This document shows, in pieces, positions 38,387-49,163 of a DNA stretch of 64,000 nucleotides. Origin of the DNA: Aureliella sp. (GTDB lineage Bacteria; Planctomycetota; Planctomycetia; Pirellulales; Pirellulaceae); assembly GCA_963691875.1 (NCBI GenBank), contig OY829846.1, positions 1,696,001-1,760,000 on the forward strand, in the 5' to 3' direction. The translations under genes and the position numbers were made by a program. Below the pieces are notes generated by a model. That model was not told the DNA's origin, searched no databases, and saw only the letters and a list, made by a program, of their open reading frames with translations. Position 1 is the stretch's first letter. Each line of letters starts with the position of its first letter.

Positions 38387-38672
38387 GTAATCTCAGAATT
38401 GTTCATAGAACTTAGAGCGAAATTCTAATCATCATGGGCAAGGTAGCCGCACCGAATAGAAATCGGCTTGGTGGCGGACCGACGCACGAATCCGCGTATT
38501 TCAATCCAGAAGCGGCGGAAAAAGCACTAGCAAACACCAGGAGCTCCATAATGGCGTGAACCATGCTCGGCAAGAAACCCTAAATCCCGAAGCTTGTGCC
38601 ATAGCGTAGCCAACAGCCTGCCGATGCCTCTCCTGCGGTTCCAACGAATATCCAGTAGATAGGAGGAATCTG

Positions 38673-39680
38673 GTGATTCGATATCAACAATACGGACATT
38701 CCATTACGGCCCTCGCTCTCTTCTTGGCCCATGGATTGGCGAACATCTCAAAAGCACAAGACTGCAAGTACACGATCTGCGATGCAGGAATGAGCTGCGC
38801 TAGCTTGGCGTGCGACCACTTGTCTTGCGAAAAAGGCCTCTCCATCACAGATTTGATTCGCCCAAGCGATCATTGTTTCGATGACTTCATCAGTCCGATG
38901 AGCAACCTTGTCTTCTTCGAAGACCCGCGCACGCTGACTGAGTTTCGGCCAATCTACATCAACCATAGTGTACCGAGCGTCATCGGAAATGGGGTCACGG
39001 CTGGCGGAAACATCCAGCTCTACGCGGCGCAATTTAGAATTGCTCTCACCGAAAAACTCAGCATCATTGCGGTGAAAGATGGATTCATCATTGACGACAC
39101 CTCAGGTGCACTCGATGCACTACTCGCCGATGGTTGGGCCGATGTGGCAGCCGGGCTGAAGTACAACGTGATTCGCGATCCACAGAAAGGGCGGCTAGCT
39201 TCCGTAGGTGCAACTTACGAGTTGCCAATTGGTAGCACTCGTGCACTCCAAGATATCGGTGATGGCGAATTTCACTTTTTCGCTACCGGCGGTCAACGAC
39301 TCATGGGTGGCGATGCTCACATTTTGTCAAGTATCGGATATCGTCTACCGCTTGATGGAGACGTACAGAGTTCAGCGATTCACTGGTCGAATCATTTTGA
39401 TGTCCGACTAACCGAGAAGGTCTACTTGTTCACTGAGCTCGTTTGGTGGCATTGGACGGACGACGCTGCGGCGGGTGCCCCGCTAGGTGTTGGTGGGCAG
39501 GACCTTTTCAACTTGAGCGTAAGCAACATCGCCGGCAACGAACTCGTGACTCAGAACGCTGGGATGCGTTGGAAGCCATGCGGCAATTGCGAAACAGGTA
39601 TCGCCTATGAACTACCGGTGACTACCTTCAAAGACGTGTTGGACAATCGCCTGACTCTCGACTTGATTTTCCGCTATTAG
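38673..39680 (+). CDS. Putative outer-membrane beta-barrel protein
   Basis: AGGAGG RBS, signal peptide, Cys-rich N-terminus, alternating amphipathic strands, C-terminal aromatic (LTLDLIFRY). Confidence 0.72.
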   Translation: MIRYQQYGHSITALALFLAHGLANISKAQDCKYTICDAGMSCASLACDHLSCEKGLSITDLIRPSDHCFDDFISPMSNLVFFEDPRTLTEFRPIYINHSVPSVIGNGVTAGGNIQLYAAQFRIALTEKLSIIAVKDGFIIDDTSGALDALLADGWADVAAGLKYNVIRDPQKGRLASVGATYELPIGSTRALQDIGDGEFHFFATGGQRLMGGDAHILSSIGYRLPLDGDVQSSAIHWSNHFDVRLTEKVYLFTELVWWHWTDDAAAGAPLGVGGQDLFNLSVSNIAGNELVTQNAGMRWKPCGNCETGIAYELPVTTFKDVLDNRLTLDLIFRY

Positions 39681-39738
39681 TCGACACTCCTAACCCTCAA
39701 GCCACGGACGTCGCGTTTCCCCGGCTCTACAACTTTTG

Positions 39739-39767
39739 CCCTCTGGAAATGGCTCCAGAGGGGTTTT
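39739..39767 (+). terminator. Intrinsic terminator
   Basis: CCCTCTGGA-AATGGC-TCCAGAGGG followed by GTTTT. Confidence 0.68.
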
Positions 39768-39812
39768 GTAATTGGTGGCTTGGTTGGGTAAAAAGATATC
39801 TGGCATGCTGCT

Positions 39813-40694
39813 TTAGGAGGATTCTGAATCTTCACAGATCTGCATAAATTCTAAAACTTTGCGGTAGATCTCCAGGGGCCAGTAGTCATTGTGTTCTAGG
39901 TTTTCTGACAACACAAACTCCTTTTCATCACCTGGACAAGCCTCAAAGAGCTTGCGCCCAAATCGATAAGGTACGACATTGTCTGGCTTGCCGTGAATTG
40001 AGATCATCGGTCCCGAATAGCATTGGATTCGCTCCTCAGATGGCCAGCGATTGCTGAGCAACAGCCGTACCGGTAGCCATGGGTAATGATTGGAAGCGAC
40101 ATCGACCATGGAGTTAAAGCTACGATCGACTATCAGCCCCTTAGCACCATTCTTGCTAGCCAAGTGAACAGCGACAGCACCACCCAACGAACGTCCCCAT
40201 AAGTAGACCTCACTTGCCTGGATTCCCGCCCTTGCAGCCAGCCAGTCATGTGCTGCTTCGCCATCGGCGATGATCCCAGGTTCAGTGGGTTTACCAGGAC
40301 TCTTTCCGTAACCGCGATAATCGAACGCAAATACATTTGCTCGATAGATTTTTCGCAATTCATCGAGCTGTTCTCCGAGATAGCCCATGTGCTCGCCATT
40401 CCCATGGCAGAGGAGGATAGTTCGCTCTGCAGCCTCATGCTCAAGGTACCAGCCGTGAATCATGTTGCCCTGCGCAGTTTTGATTTCGATGTCTTCGTAG
40501 TCTAGCTGTGGTTTCCAGTCACCATTCTGGGGACTCGGGGCTGGATACATCAAGAAGCTTTCTAGTGCTGCAACAATCACAACAACCGCCAGATAGATGA
40601 ATAGGAAGCTCAGCAGAGAACGTTTGCCGCGCTGCCAGATGGTGCGTCTGGGCTTTCTAACGCTCGTTGTGGAAGAGTCACTAGCTTTCATCAC
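39813..40694 (-). CDS. Alpha/beta hydrolase (ABHD13-like)
   Basis: TM, CHGNGE, FDYRGYGKS, nucleophile elbow GRSLGG, HGKPDNVVP, H in LEHND. Confidence 0.9.
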   Translation of the reverse strand: MMKASDSSTTSVRKPRRTIWQRGKRSLLSFLFIYLAVVVIVAALESFLMYPAPSPQNGDWKPQLDYEDIEIKTAQGNMIHGWYLEHEAAERTILLCHGNGEHMGYLGEQLDELRKIYRANVFAFDYRGYGKSPGKPTEPGIIADGEAAHDWLAARAGIQASEVYLWGRSLGGAVAVHLASKNGAKGLIVDRSFNSMVDVASNHYPWLPVRLLLSNRWPSEERIQCYSGPMISIHGKPDNVVPYRFGRKLFEACPGDEKEFVLSENLEHNDYWPLEIYRKVLEFMQICEDSESS

Positions 40695-40724
40695 TGCTCC
40701 TCATTCCCTGGTGCCAGCATACGA

Positions 40725-42227
40725 CTATTCTTGTCCGGCTAGCAATTCTGCGGCCAAGAAAAAGGATCCTGCGGCATAGACGATCGCCTCTTTCTTGGCC
40801 GCTAGTTGCCTCGCCAAACCCCACGCTTGCTTAGGCAGTTCAGATTTGCTGAGCACAGAGCCGATGGTATCCGAATCAACCAGCTGCAGTTTCTCCGAAG
40901 CCAACGCATACAGCTCATCGAGCGGCACGGCCCGTGGGTTTCCGTGAAACTGAGTTATTACAAGTTGTTGCGTGCGAGCCAAGAGGAGATCCAACATCTT
41001 GGCGTAATCTTTGTCACGACTGGGCGCGAAAACAGCTACGACAGGCTTGCCAGGGAAGTGACTCTCCAAAGCATCGAGGCCCGCTTCGATGGAAGCCGGG
41101 TTGTGAGCGGTGTCCAGAATGCTTGTCGGACGGTTCTCTGTCACTTGCATTCGGGCTGGGGGCTGAGTCTGAGCGACGGCATATTCGATGCTTTTCCAAG
41201 GAACTCGCATGCCCCTTGAATCCAGCTCTTGGAGAGCTAGGATGGCGGCTGAGAGATTATCGGCTTGATGTCGCCCTAGCAACCGTGTTCTCAAACGATA
41301 GGTCGGCGGGGGCGTCGCCGCCGAGTCTGCTCCGGAACTGGCCGCTATTACCCTATAGCTGAGCTCGGCTGTTGCACCATCGAAGGGCATTTCAGCAGAA
41401 GTATTCGTCTCAAGCGGTTGCCAGGCACATTGAAAATCTCGATCGAGCAAAAACAGTTCCGCCCCGACATGATTGGCCGCTTGCCGAATTGCTTCCCGAG
41501 CACTTGGATCACGGGCCGAGCACACCGTGGGCACTCCCGCCTTGATAATGCCAGCCTTCTCCGAGGCGATTTCTGCAATCGTCGATCCCAGTTGCTTTTC
41601 GTGATCGAGTCCGATTGCGGTAATGATGCACAACTCAGGTTCACAAATGTTCGTGCTATCGAGGCGGCCGCCCATGCCGACCTCCAGCACGGCACAGTCC
41701 GCCTTTTGCTCGGCGAAGTGCAGCATTGCCATGGCTGTTGTGATTTCGAAGAAAGTTGCTCCATCAGCGAACTTGTCCTCAGCTTCCAACTGTTCTGCCG
41801 CTTCAAGAACACGATTGGTCAGTTCCAGGAGCTGCTCGTCGGAGGCAGATTGGCCGCAAAATCGGAATCTTTCATGCAATCGGACCAGGTGCGGGGAAGT
41901 ATAGAGTCCCGTCTGGTAGCCCGCATGTTCCAGTGCTGCAGCCATGGCGTGAGCCACTGTCCCCTTACCCTTGCTGCCAGCAACATGGATCACAGGGTAC
42001 TGGAGATGCGGATTACCCAAGATTTCCGCTAGTCGCCGCATGCGATCCAGCCGGTAAAAGCTGCGATTGTAAGGAGTTTGTACACGGCGCTCGTAGTTGA
42101 TCACCCCAAACAGTCGATCCTGAGCTTCGTCAACTGACCTCGCTGGGGCGAAAGATTGCCTCGACTCCCTATTCGCTACATCCGTTGCAGACGGCAAATC
42201 CTTTCGCGTTCTATCCTCAATCGTCAT
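40725..42227 (-). CDS. folC: Folylpolyglutamate synthase/dihydrofolate synthase
   Basis: HVAGSKGKGT, YTSPHL...ERF, TFFEITT, LEVGMGGRLDSTN, EKAGII, LDTAHNP, AGSFFLA. Confidence 0.95.
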   Translation of the reverse strand: MTIEDRTRKDLPSATDVANRESRQSFAPARSVDEAQDRLFGVINYERRVQTPYNRSFYRLDRMRRLAEILGNPHLQYPVIHVAGSKGKGTVAHAMAAALEHAGYQTGLYTSPHLVRLHERFRFCGQSASDEQLLELTNRVLEAAEQLEAEDKFADGATFFEITTAMAMLHFAEQKADCAVLEVGMGGRLDSTNICEPELCIITAIGLDHEKQLGSTIAEIASEKAGIIKAGVPTVCSARDPSAREAIRQAANHVGAELFLLDRDFQCAWQPLETNTSAEMPFDGATAELSYRVIAASSGADSAATPPPTYRLRTRLLGRHQADNLSAAILALQELDSRGMRVPWKSIEYAVAQTQPPARMQVTENRPTSILDTAHNPASIEAGLDALESHFPGKPVVAVFAPSRDKDYAKMLDLLLARTQQLVITQFHGNPRAVPLDELYALASEKLQLVDSDTIGSVLSKSELPKQAWGLARQLAAKKEAIVYAAGSFFLAAELLAGQE

Positions 42228-42628
42228 CCGGCGCTCATGTAGTTCTAGGGTATGGCAACGATTTCGACTTGAGTATATCTATACTCCATTCAGACCTCCT
42301 AAGCCTTTGGCCAAGAAGGTTCCGCGTCATTTTCTGAGATTCGCTTGGTTCTGACAAGGAAGCTTAACAGTGATCAAGTCGCTCGCGAACCTGAGAGCTT
42401 GCTTGGCCGTAACGCAAAGGACTATGCGGCTCTTCCGTTTTGGTCTGGCTATCTAGTTTTAGCCTGATCGAACGGGGCTTCAGGTTGGACAAGGCACGCG
42501 ATCGCGTTGGATTTCGCTTGCTGAAGTCGATGTGAGCTACCCGCAACTAGCCTCGAAAAGCTCCAATAACATTCACGTCATTAATCCGTTCAACGATCTC
42601 TTTCGACCTTGAAGGAAACTCTCATCCG

Positions 42629-43555
42629 ATGAGTGCTACTCCTGCCGCCGAAGCTGCGACCAGCTCAGCTTCCGCACAATCCGATTCGAATCTCGTCATT
42701 GAAACTCGCAACCTCGGCAAGACCTACCGAGATTTTTGGGGCCGCAAGAAGGTCGCTGCCCTCAAATCGCTCGATGTTGAGGTCCAAAAGGGTGAGATCT
42801 TTGGGCTCCTAGGACCGAACGGCTCTGGAAAATCGACGACGATCAAGCTGATTCAAGGCTTGCTGTTTCCAACCTCTGGTCGCGCCTTTGTTTTCGGCAA
42901 AGAAGCCCGAGATGTGACGAAGAATGAGCGAATTGGCTATTTGCCTGAAGAGTCGTACCTCTACAAATTCCTCAATGCAGAAGAGACTCTCGACTTCTAC
43001 GGCCGCTTATTTGATATGCCAGCCGCAATTCGCAAAGAACGATCCAACGAGCTGATCAAGATGGTCGGCCTCAATCATGCTCGCCGACGTCAACTCCGCG
43101 AATATTCCAAAGGTATGACCCGCCGAATCGGTTTGGCTCAAGCCTTGATCAACGAGCCAGATCTGCTGATTTTGGACGAACCAACGACAGGGATGGACCC
43201 GATCGGAAGCCGCGAGATGAAGGACCTGATCATCCGCCTGCGTGACCAGGGTAAGACCATTCTTCTTTGCTCGCACCAGCTGGCCGACGTTCAAGACGTT
43301 TGTGACCGCGTCGCCATTCTGCACCAGGGCGAATTGCGAGAGCTTGGACGAGTCGACGAGCTACTAAAGGTTCGCGACGTAACGGAGGTCCACGCTAAGG
43401 GAATGTCGGACGAACTTAAGGGCAAGATTGCTGATTTGATTAAGTCTGAGGGTGGCGACCTTGTCAGCATCGACAATCCGACCACGACCATGGAAGAACT
43501 ATTCCTAGATATCGTTCAGGATGACCGGCCTGGCTCACGTCCAGCCGGACAATAA
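42629..43555 (+). CDS. ABC transporter ATP-binding protein
   Basis: [26 protein letters not shown]. Confidence 0.94.
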   Translation: MSATPAAEAATSSASAQSDSNLVIETRNLGKTYRDFWGRKKVAALKSLDVEVQKGEIFGLLGPNGSGKSTTIKLIQGLLFPTSGRAFVFGKEARDVTKNERIGYLPEESYLYKFLNAEETLDFYGRLFDMPAAIRKERSNELIKMVGLNHARRRQLREYSKGMTRRIGLAQALINEPDLLILDEPTTGMDPIGSREMKDLIIRLRDQGKTILLCSHQLADVQDVCDRVAILHQGELRELGRVDELLKVRDVTEVHAKGMSDELKGKIADLIKSEGGDLVSIDNPTTTMEELFLDIVQDDRPGSRPAGQ

Positions 43556-43635
43556 TCGTTGTGAATTCTCAGCCAAGATTTTTCTGCTTGGCGAATCCTC
43601 CCTTTCCTTTTCCTCGAGAATAGACTTCGACAGCG

Positions 43636-45453
43636 ATGCGTATCGAAGAAGAACAAATGTGGAGCTACTTCGAGTGGCTCATTTATAAACTTGGCCTAGT
43701 TCACGGTGCTGGAATCGCAGTAGGGCTATCCATCCTGGGCTTCTTGCTCTGCTTTATCGTTAGCACCTTCAAGTACGGTCCTGGAGAAGGATTTTTCCGG
43801 GTTACACGAGTCATATATGAATTGTTGGCTCGTGATCTTCCTGGCACTTCCCTGCACCGAATCTTCGCACTAAGCCGCTTAGCTTTTCAAGAAGCGATTC
43901 GGCGAAAAGTCCTGGCACTCATGGCGGTGTTTATTGTTGTTCTATTGTTCGCGGGTTGGTTCCTCGACTCCAACTCGAGCAATATTGGTCAGCTATATAT
44001 CTCTTTCGTCATGACGGGCACCAGCTACTTGGTGCTGCTGTTGGGTTTATTCCTCAGTTGCTTTAGCTTGCCCGCAGATATCACCAGCAAAACAATTCAA
44101 ACCATCACCACCAAGCCCGTTCGCGCGACTGAAATTGTCCTGGGACGCATCTTTGGTTTTGGTGCGGTCGGCACCGTATTGCTTGTTGCGATGGGAATTC
44201 TTAGCTACTTCTTCGTGGTTCGCGGTGTGAACCACTCACACTCATTCCGAGACTGGGGACCAGGTAAGGAAGGTGTGGCTGGAGCGACCGAGGTTGATGC
44301 CTACCACTCGCACAAATTCACCATGGAAGAGGGCGCAGACGGCTCGATTCAATACGGCGTGACCAACGACGTCCAATCTCACAAGCACACGGTAACTGCG
44401 AGAGAAGTTGACGGCGAGACCAAGCTTGAGTTCGGTGCTCCCGAAGGACTGTTGCAGGCGCGAATGCCAATTTACGGCTCGATGGCGATCTATGACCGGG
44501 CCGGCAATTTGGCTCGTTCGGGCCTCAACGTGGGCTACGAATCGGAGTATCAGACCTACATTGAGGGTGCTTCGCTGATGTCGGCGGTATGGACCTTCGA
44601 TGTCGACAAGAGTGAATTTCCCGACGGGAAGCTCCCCATCGAGTTGAGCCTCAAAGCGTTCCGAACTTTTAAGGGCGACATTGTCACTGGTGTTCAAGGT
44701 GAGATCATCTTGCGGAATCCAGACGGCTCTGCGGAAAGCCGCAGAAATCCGTTTATCGTGAAGGAATTTGAGGTCGACCAGATCGTGTTCGACGGCAAGA
44801 TGCCCGGCTCGATTAACGGCGAGCCAAAAGAAGTCGACATTTTCGAAGACCTCATCAACGACGACGGTAAGCTAGAAATCATGATCCGATGCACGGACCC
44901 TGGACAGTACTTCGGGATGGCCGTTGGCGATGTTTATCTTCGTGCAGGCGAAAGGCAGTTTGGCTGGAACCTATTTAAAGGCTTCCTTGGCATCTGGATG
45001 CAAATGGTCTTGGTAATCTGCCTTGGCGTCATGTTCAGTACATTCTTGAGCGGCCCGGTGGCGATGATTGCGACTTTGACCAGTCTTGTACTCGGATTCT
45101 TCGGTACGATTGCTGCTGATGTCGCATTAGGAGAAACACCTGGCGGCGGTCCGATCGAGGCCATCATTCGCATGCCAATGCAAACAGGGGCCTTGGTTGA
45201 TCTCGATTTGGGGAATCCGGCCTTAGAAACGGCAATTGAGTTTGCCGACGCGGGTATCATGTACAGCTTGTTCACCGTCTTCCAGGCATTGCCTGCGTTC
45301 GGGAAGTTCAACACAGCCGAATTCGTAGCTTACGGATTTAACATCTTCCCAGATTTGGTCGGCAAACATTTAACGATGACTTTTTGTTATTTCATATTAA
45401 CTAGTTGCGTGGGTTACTTCTTCCTCAAGACTAGGGAGTTGGCGGCAGCATGA
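43636..45453 (+). CDS. ABC-2 type permease with large His-motif extracytoplasmic domain
   Basis: Several TMs, LPADITSKTIQTITTKPV..TEIVLGR motif, ends FLKTREL; loop with HSH/HSH/HKH. Confidence 0.85.
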   Translation: MRIEEEQMWSYFEWLIYKLGLVHGAGIAVGLSILGFLLCFIVSTFKYGPGEGFFRVTRVIYELLARDLPGTSLHRIFALSRLAFQEAIRRKVLALMAVFIVVLLFAGWFLDSNSSNIGQLYISFVMTGTSYLVLLLGLFLSCFSLPADITSKTIQTITTKPVRATEIVLGRIFGFGAVGTVLLVAMGILSYFFVVRGVNHSHSFRDWGPGKEGVAGATEVDAYHSHKFTMEEGADGSIQYGVTNDVQSHKHTVTAREVDGETKLEFGAPEGLLQARMPIYGSMAIYDRAGNLARSGLNVGYESEYQTYIEGASLMSAVWTFDVDKSEFPDGKLPIELSLKAFRTFKGDIVTGVQGEIILRNPDGSAESRRNPFIVKEFEVDQIVFDGKMPGSINGEPKEVDIFEDLINDDGKLEIMIRCTDPGQYFGMAVGDVYLRAGERQFGWNLFKGFLGIWMQMVLVICLGVMFSTFLSGPVAMIATLTSLVLGFFGTIAADVALGETPGGGPIEAIIRMPMQTGALVDLDLGNPALETAIEFADAGIMYSLFTVFQALPAFGKFNTAEFVAYGFNIFPDLVGKHLTMTFCYFILTSCVGYFFLKTRELAAA

Positions 45454-47486
45454 ATTCTGTAGTACTTCAAAGACGACTGACCTACATCAGCGCGATGGTG
45501 GTCTTAATCGTACCTCTCTATTTCTTGGGTCGGCCCTCGGTGCGTAACATGGACGGCACGATCAAGAATGGCCGGACCGGTGGCGCTCTCGCCCAGATTC
45601 GCACCAAGAATAGTCTTGGACAAGGCGACCTTGGCGAACTCGAACCTGCCAGTGAATCGATGCGTTTAGCTACTCTTGGCTTACGTGGTGTTGCCGCGAC
45701 GATTCTGTGGCAGAAGGCGGAGTACTACAAAAAGGAGCAGTACTGGGACCGGCTGTCTGCAACACTGAATCAAATTGCCGCGCTCCAACCACACTTCATC
45801 GAGATCTGGAAGTTCCAGTCTCACAATATGTCTTACAACGTATCGACTCAGTTCGACAACTACGAACATCGTTACGATTGGGTCAAACGCGGGATGGATT
45901 ATCTTGTACGTGGTGCCAAGATCAACAAGACTCGCACTGAAATGCCCTTCGAGCTTGGATGGTTCTTCGGCAACAAGATGGGCGTTGCGGATGAGAAAGT
46001 TCAGTATCGGCAACTCTACCGTGACGACCGCGATTTCCACGAAGAAATTCTCGCAAAGACCGGCCTGGACGTTACGCAAAAGGACGGGCGTGGTCCTGAC
46101 CAAAAGCCTGACAACTGGTTAACCGGGAGACTTTGGTACGAACGCTGCTATGAAATGGTGGCGAGTGGAGCCAAGCAAGCCAAGAGCACTTTGATGTTCT
46201 ATCAGAAGGGCCCCCAATGGCGAATGAAGCATGCTGAAGCAATTCAAGCTGAAAGCTACGCCCATGTGCCTGCTGCCAGTGAGGAAGCTCGTGCGGAGTG
46301 GCGTTTTGAAGCTGCAAGTGCGGCGTGGCGATTTGCTCAACGCGAATGGGAGGAATTTGGTATGCTGCCAATTTTGACGACCTATGGCAGCACAATACAA
46401 ATGGGCCTCATGGGGAAGGCCAACGACGACTTCCAAAAGGCTCAGGATGACTTTGCCGAATTCTGTGGCGATATTTATGAAGAGCTCCAAGGTGAGCTAG
46501 TTGACAAGCTTGAGGATGTGGAGCGTGAAGCACTGGATCTGCCCTATGAAGAACGGAATTTTGAGCAGGTGCTGCTAGCTGAGAATGCCGCGTACAAGAT
46601 TTTGCTGGATCCTGATGCAGTTGCAAAGCGTCTGGAAGACGATGACGCACGCATGACGGCTATGACCAAAGCCAAGGAAATGGTCCGGTTGCGGGAACAG
46701 ATTCGACATATCGATGTGTACCGCAACCAAATCAACTACGCTTACTGGGCTGAGCGATGTCTGGCAGAGCAGGAAGAGGAAGCTCTACTCGCTCGAACCC
46801 AAATGTTCAATGCAGACCAGCACCTCGAGAATGCGGAGTTGACCGAAGCATTCAAGGCTTTCGAAGAAGCATTTACCAACTGGGACAAATTGTTCAACAA
46901 ACGTCCGGCAATGATGATCGACGACATTGCGGATGATGTGATCGCATCGGTGCAGCGATACAAGCAGATCTTGGATGAACCTGAACTGCCTGAGGATTTC
47001 CCGCTAAACGATTTCCTAGAGTTTAGAAGGGTCTATGAGGACCAGTTTGCTGACCCTGCCATGCTAGGTGTGATTTCGAGCTGGCCGAAAAAGTACCCCG
47101 GTCGAAACTTCTTGACTGAAATGCTTCGCAAGAGTGAAGAGTACGAGAAGCAGTTTAAGGACACGGGCACCAAAGATCCGGGTGAAATGGCTCCTGCGTT
47201 TGAGATGATCGATCTTGAAACTGGAAAGCCGCTCGAGAAGCCACAGGAACCAACAGCAGAGAGCGAAGAGCAGGAGGAACCTGCCGTGTCTGAAGAAACG
47301 CTCGAGTCACCGGCAGGAGAAAAGACGTCTGCAGCTGAGCCAGGTGAAGCGTCAGTCGCAGAAGAGAAGCCGGCTAAAGTCGAGGAATCGACTGAAGCAA
47401 AGTCAGAAGCTCCTCTCAGCGTGAGCAAGCCGACAGAGGGTTCGGCGCCAGGGCCAAAGAAAAAAATAGAAGCGCCCGGAATTTAA
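45450..47486 (+). CDS. Membrane-anchored helical (TPR-like) protein associated with the ABC system
   Basis: ATGA overlap with the permease; N-terminal TM; LGLRGVAATILW, LQPHFIEIWKFQSHNMSYN; acidic low-complexity tail. Confidence 0.78.
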   Translation: MNSVVLQRRLTYISAMVVLIVPLYFLGRPSVRNMDGTIKNGRTGGALAQIRTKNSLGQGDLGELEPASESMRLATLGLRGVAATILWQKAEYYKKEQYWDRLSATLNQIAALQPHFIEIWKFQSHNMSYNVSTQFDNYEHRYDWVKRGMDYLVRGAKINKTRTEMPFELGWFFGNKMGVADEKVQYRQLYRDDRDFHEEILAKTGLDVTQKDGRGPDQKPDNWLTGRLWYERCYEMVASGAKQAKSTLMFYQKGPQWRMKHAEAIQAESYAHVPAASEEARAEWRFEAASAAWRFAQREWEEFGMLPILTTYGSTIQMGLMGKANDDFQKAQDDFAEFCGDIYEELQGELVDKLEDVEREALDLPYEERNFEQVLLAENAAYKILLDPDAVAKRLEDDDARMTAMTKAKEMVRLREQIRHIDVYRNQINYAYWAERCLAEQEEEALLARTQMFNADQHLENAELTEAFKAFEEAFTNWDKLFNKRPAMMIDDIADDVIASVQRYKQILDEPELPEDFPLNDFLEFRRVYEDQFADPAMLGVISSWPKKYPGRNFLTEMLRKSEEYEKQFKDTGTKDPGEMAPAFEMIDLETGKPLEKPQEPTAESEEQEEPAVSEETLESPAGEKTSAAEPGEASVAEEKPAKVEESTEAKSEAPLSVSKPTEGSAPGPKKKIEAPGI

Positions 47487-47527
47487 CGAGCCCATTATGA
47501 TCTGGCAAAAAAGGCGTTTCTCGGCTG

Positions 47528-47809
47528 TCAGGGAGCGTCTCTTTCTTTGCACCGACCTTTATCTACCAGAGTGACTGCGATACCAATCAGGCTGATAACC
47601 AGCCAACTGGACTCCACAAGCACGGCGGAAAGGTTGAAATCAAATGCCAGAGAGACAAGTAGCAACGCCGCACCGAGAGCATTCAACAGCGAATAAAGGA
47701 GTGACTGCGCTTCAATTCGGTTGAGCTGAAGCAGCAGGTAGGTTCCTAGGAGCAGAACGAATCCTAGGCCACCAATTAGGTTGTGCAGGTAAAACAAAGG
47801 ACTCTCCAA
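47528..47809 (-). CDS. Small three-TM membrane protein (CBU_0592-like)
   Basis: IGGLGFVLLLGTYLLLQL...YSLLNALGAALLLVSL..FNLSA..VE..WLVISLIG; TTG start. Confidence 0.72.
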   Translation of the reverse strand: MESPLFYLHNLIGGLGFVLLLGTYLLLQLNRIEAQSLLYSLLNALGAALLLVSLAFDFNLSAVLVESSWLVISLIGIAVTLVDKGRCKERDAP

Positions 47810-48299
47810 AGGGTCATAGCTGAGGGAAGCATACTGCGGCCATCTGCCAATTCATTTCGACAGATAGTCTGGTCTGGATCCGCCGATCCGAAAAGCCAAT
47901 ATGTTGTACTGGAGAACCGAATTTGGCAGTGCCGGTTGCGAACTCCTTTCTAGACTTGGAATTGGGTAACCAGGAAAATTGTTCGTTGAGACGCGTCCTA
48001 TAATGGAATCGGTTTCTGCCTCCGCCTTGTCGGCATGCCGGTTCCAGCTGCCTTTGACCTGACTTTAGGTCATCTGCTATGCGAATAGATGGAGCCCGGC
48101 TCGCGCAGCAAGCTGGGCATCCCTTGCAAGCTGGACAATCGATCGAGTTTGAAAAAGCGCTGGGATTGGTTTACTCGGCGATTGGCAGAAGAGCTACTAC
48201 CAATCGAAAGTGTATTCACGGAAGCGAAGACTGCGTTCGAGCGAACTTGGACTGGCAGATTCAGACTCACGTTCTGCCTTAGACCTTTGGAAATTGATG

Positions 48300-49163
48300 A
48301 TGGGCATTTACGACCGCGACTACTACCAGGAAGACACCTTTCGGCCGATCACGCCCTGGAATAGCCGCAGTATGGTTTCCATATTGATCATCGCCAATGT
48401 GATCCCCTTCATTGCCAATTTTCTTATCGGAGGTAGTTCCGATGCCTTGACCACCCTCATGGCGCTACAGTACGACACGCTGGCAAACCCAATAGAATGG
48501 TGGCGGTTCCTGTCTTATGGATTTGCGCATGGCGGCATCTGGCACATCGCGGGCAACATGCTCGGCCTTTACTTTTTAGGACGAAGTGTTGAGGACCGAC
48601 TGGGCAGATGGGAGTTCTTTCGTTTCTACATCATCGCCATTGTGCTTTGCGGTGTGATCTGGACCGGTATTCATCAACGCGGCTCTTTGATTGGTGCGTC
48701 GGGGGCGACGACAGCCGTGACCATGCTGTTTGTGTTCATGTTCCCAAATGTCGAACTGCGGCTATACGGTGCCATTCCCGTCCGAGCGTGGATGATTGGC
48801 GTGTTCATCATCTTGAACAACGTATTTAACACTGGTGAGTCCAGCAGAGTTGCCTTTGACGTGCACTTGGTCGGTGCAGCATTTGCGGCAGCTTACTTTT
48901 TCGGAGGATTCAATTTCAATGCTCTTGGATCCCTCTGGAATTCGCTCAGCAGAGTAGACACTGCGTCCAAGGCGCGGGCTCAGGGACTGAAGGTGCACAG
49001 GCCCGCCGAAGCCAGGGTTTCAGAGCGAAACGAGAAAACAGAGCTAGAATTGGATCGTATTTTGAAAAAGATCCACGACGAGGGCGAGGAGAAACTGTCT
49101 CGCAAAGAGCGTCGATTCATGGAAAACTACAGCCGCAAGATTCGCGAAGACCGCCCGAACTAA
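48300..49163 (+). CDS. Rhomboid family intramembrane serine protease
   Basis: MGIYDRDY start; WRFLSYGFAH, HIAGNM, GASGA, HLVGA; C-terminal LDRILKKI helical domain. Confidence 0.92.
   Translation: MGIYDRDYYQEDTFRPITPWNSRSMVSILIIANVIPFIANFLIGGSSDALTTLMALQYDTLANPIEWWRFLSYGFAHGGIWHIAGNMLGLYFLGRSVEDRLGRWEFFRFYIIAIVLCGVIWTGIHQRGSLIGASGATTAVTMLFVFMFPNVELRLYGAIPVRAWMIGVFIILNNVFNTGESSRVAFDVHLVGAAFAAAYFFGGFNFNALGSLWNSLSRVDTASKARAQGLKVHRPAEARVSERNEKTELELDRILKKIHDEGEEKLSRKERRFMENYSRKIREDRPN

Noticed and set aside
48070..48364. Overlapping short ORFs upstream of the rhomboid gene
   Set aside because: Three competing frames, no motif or RBS; treated as intergenic.
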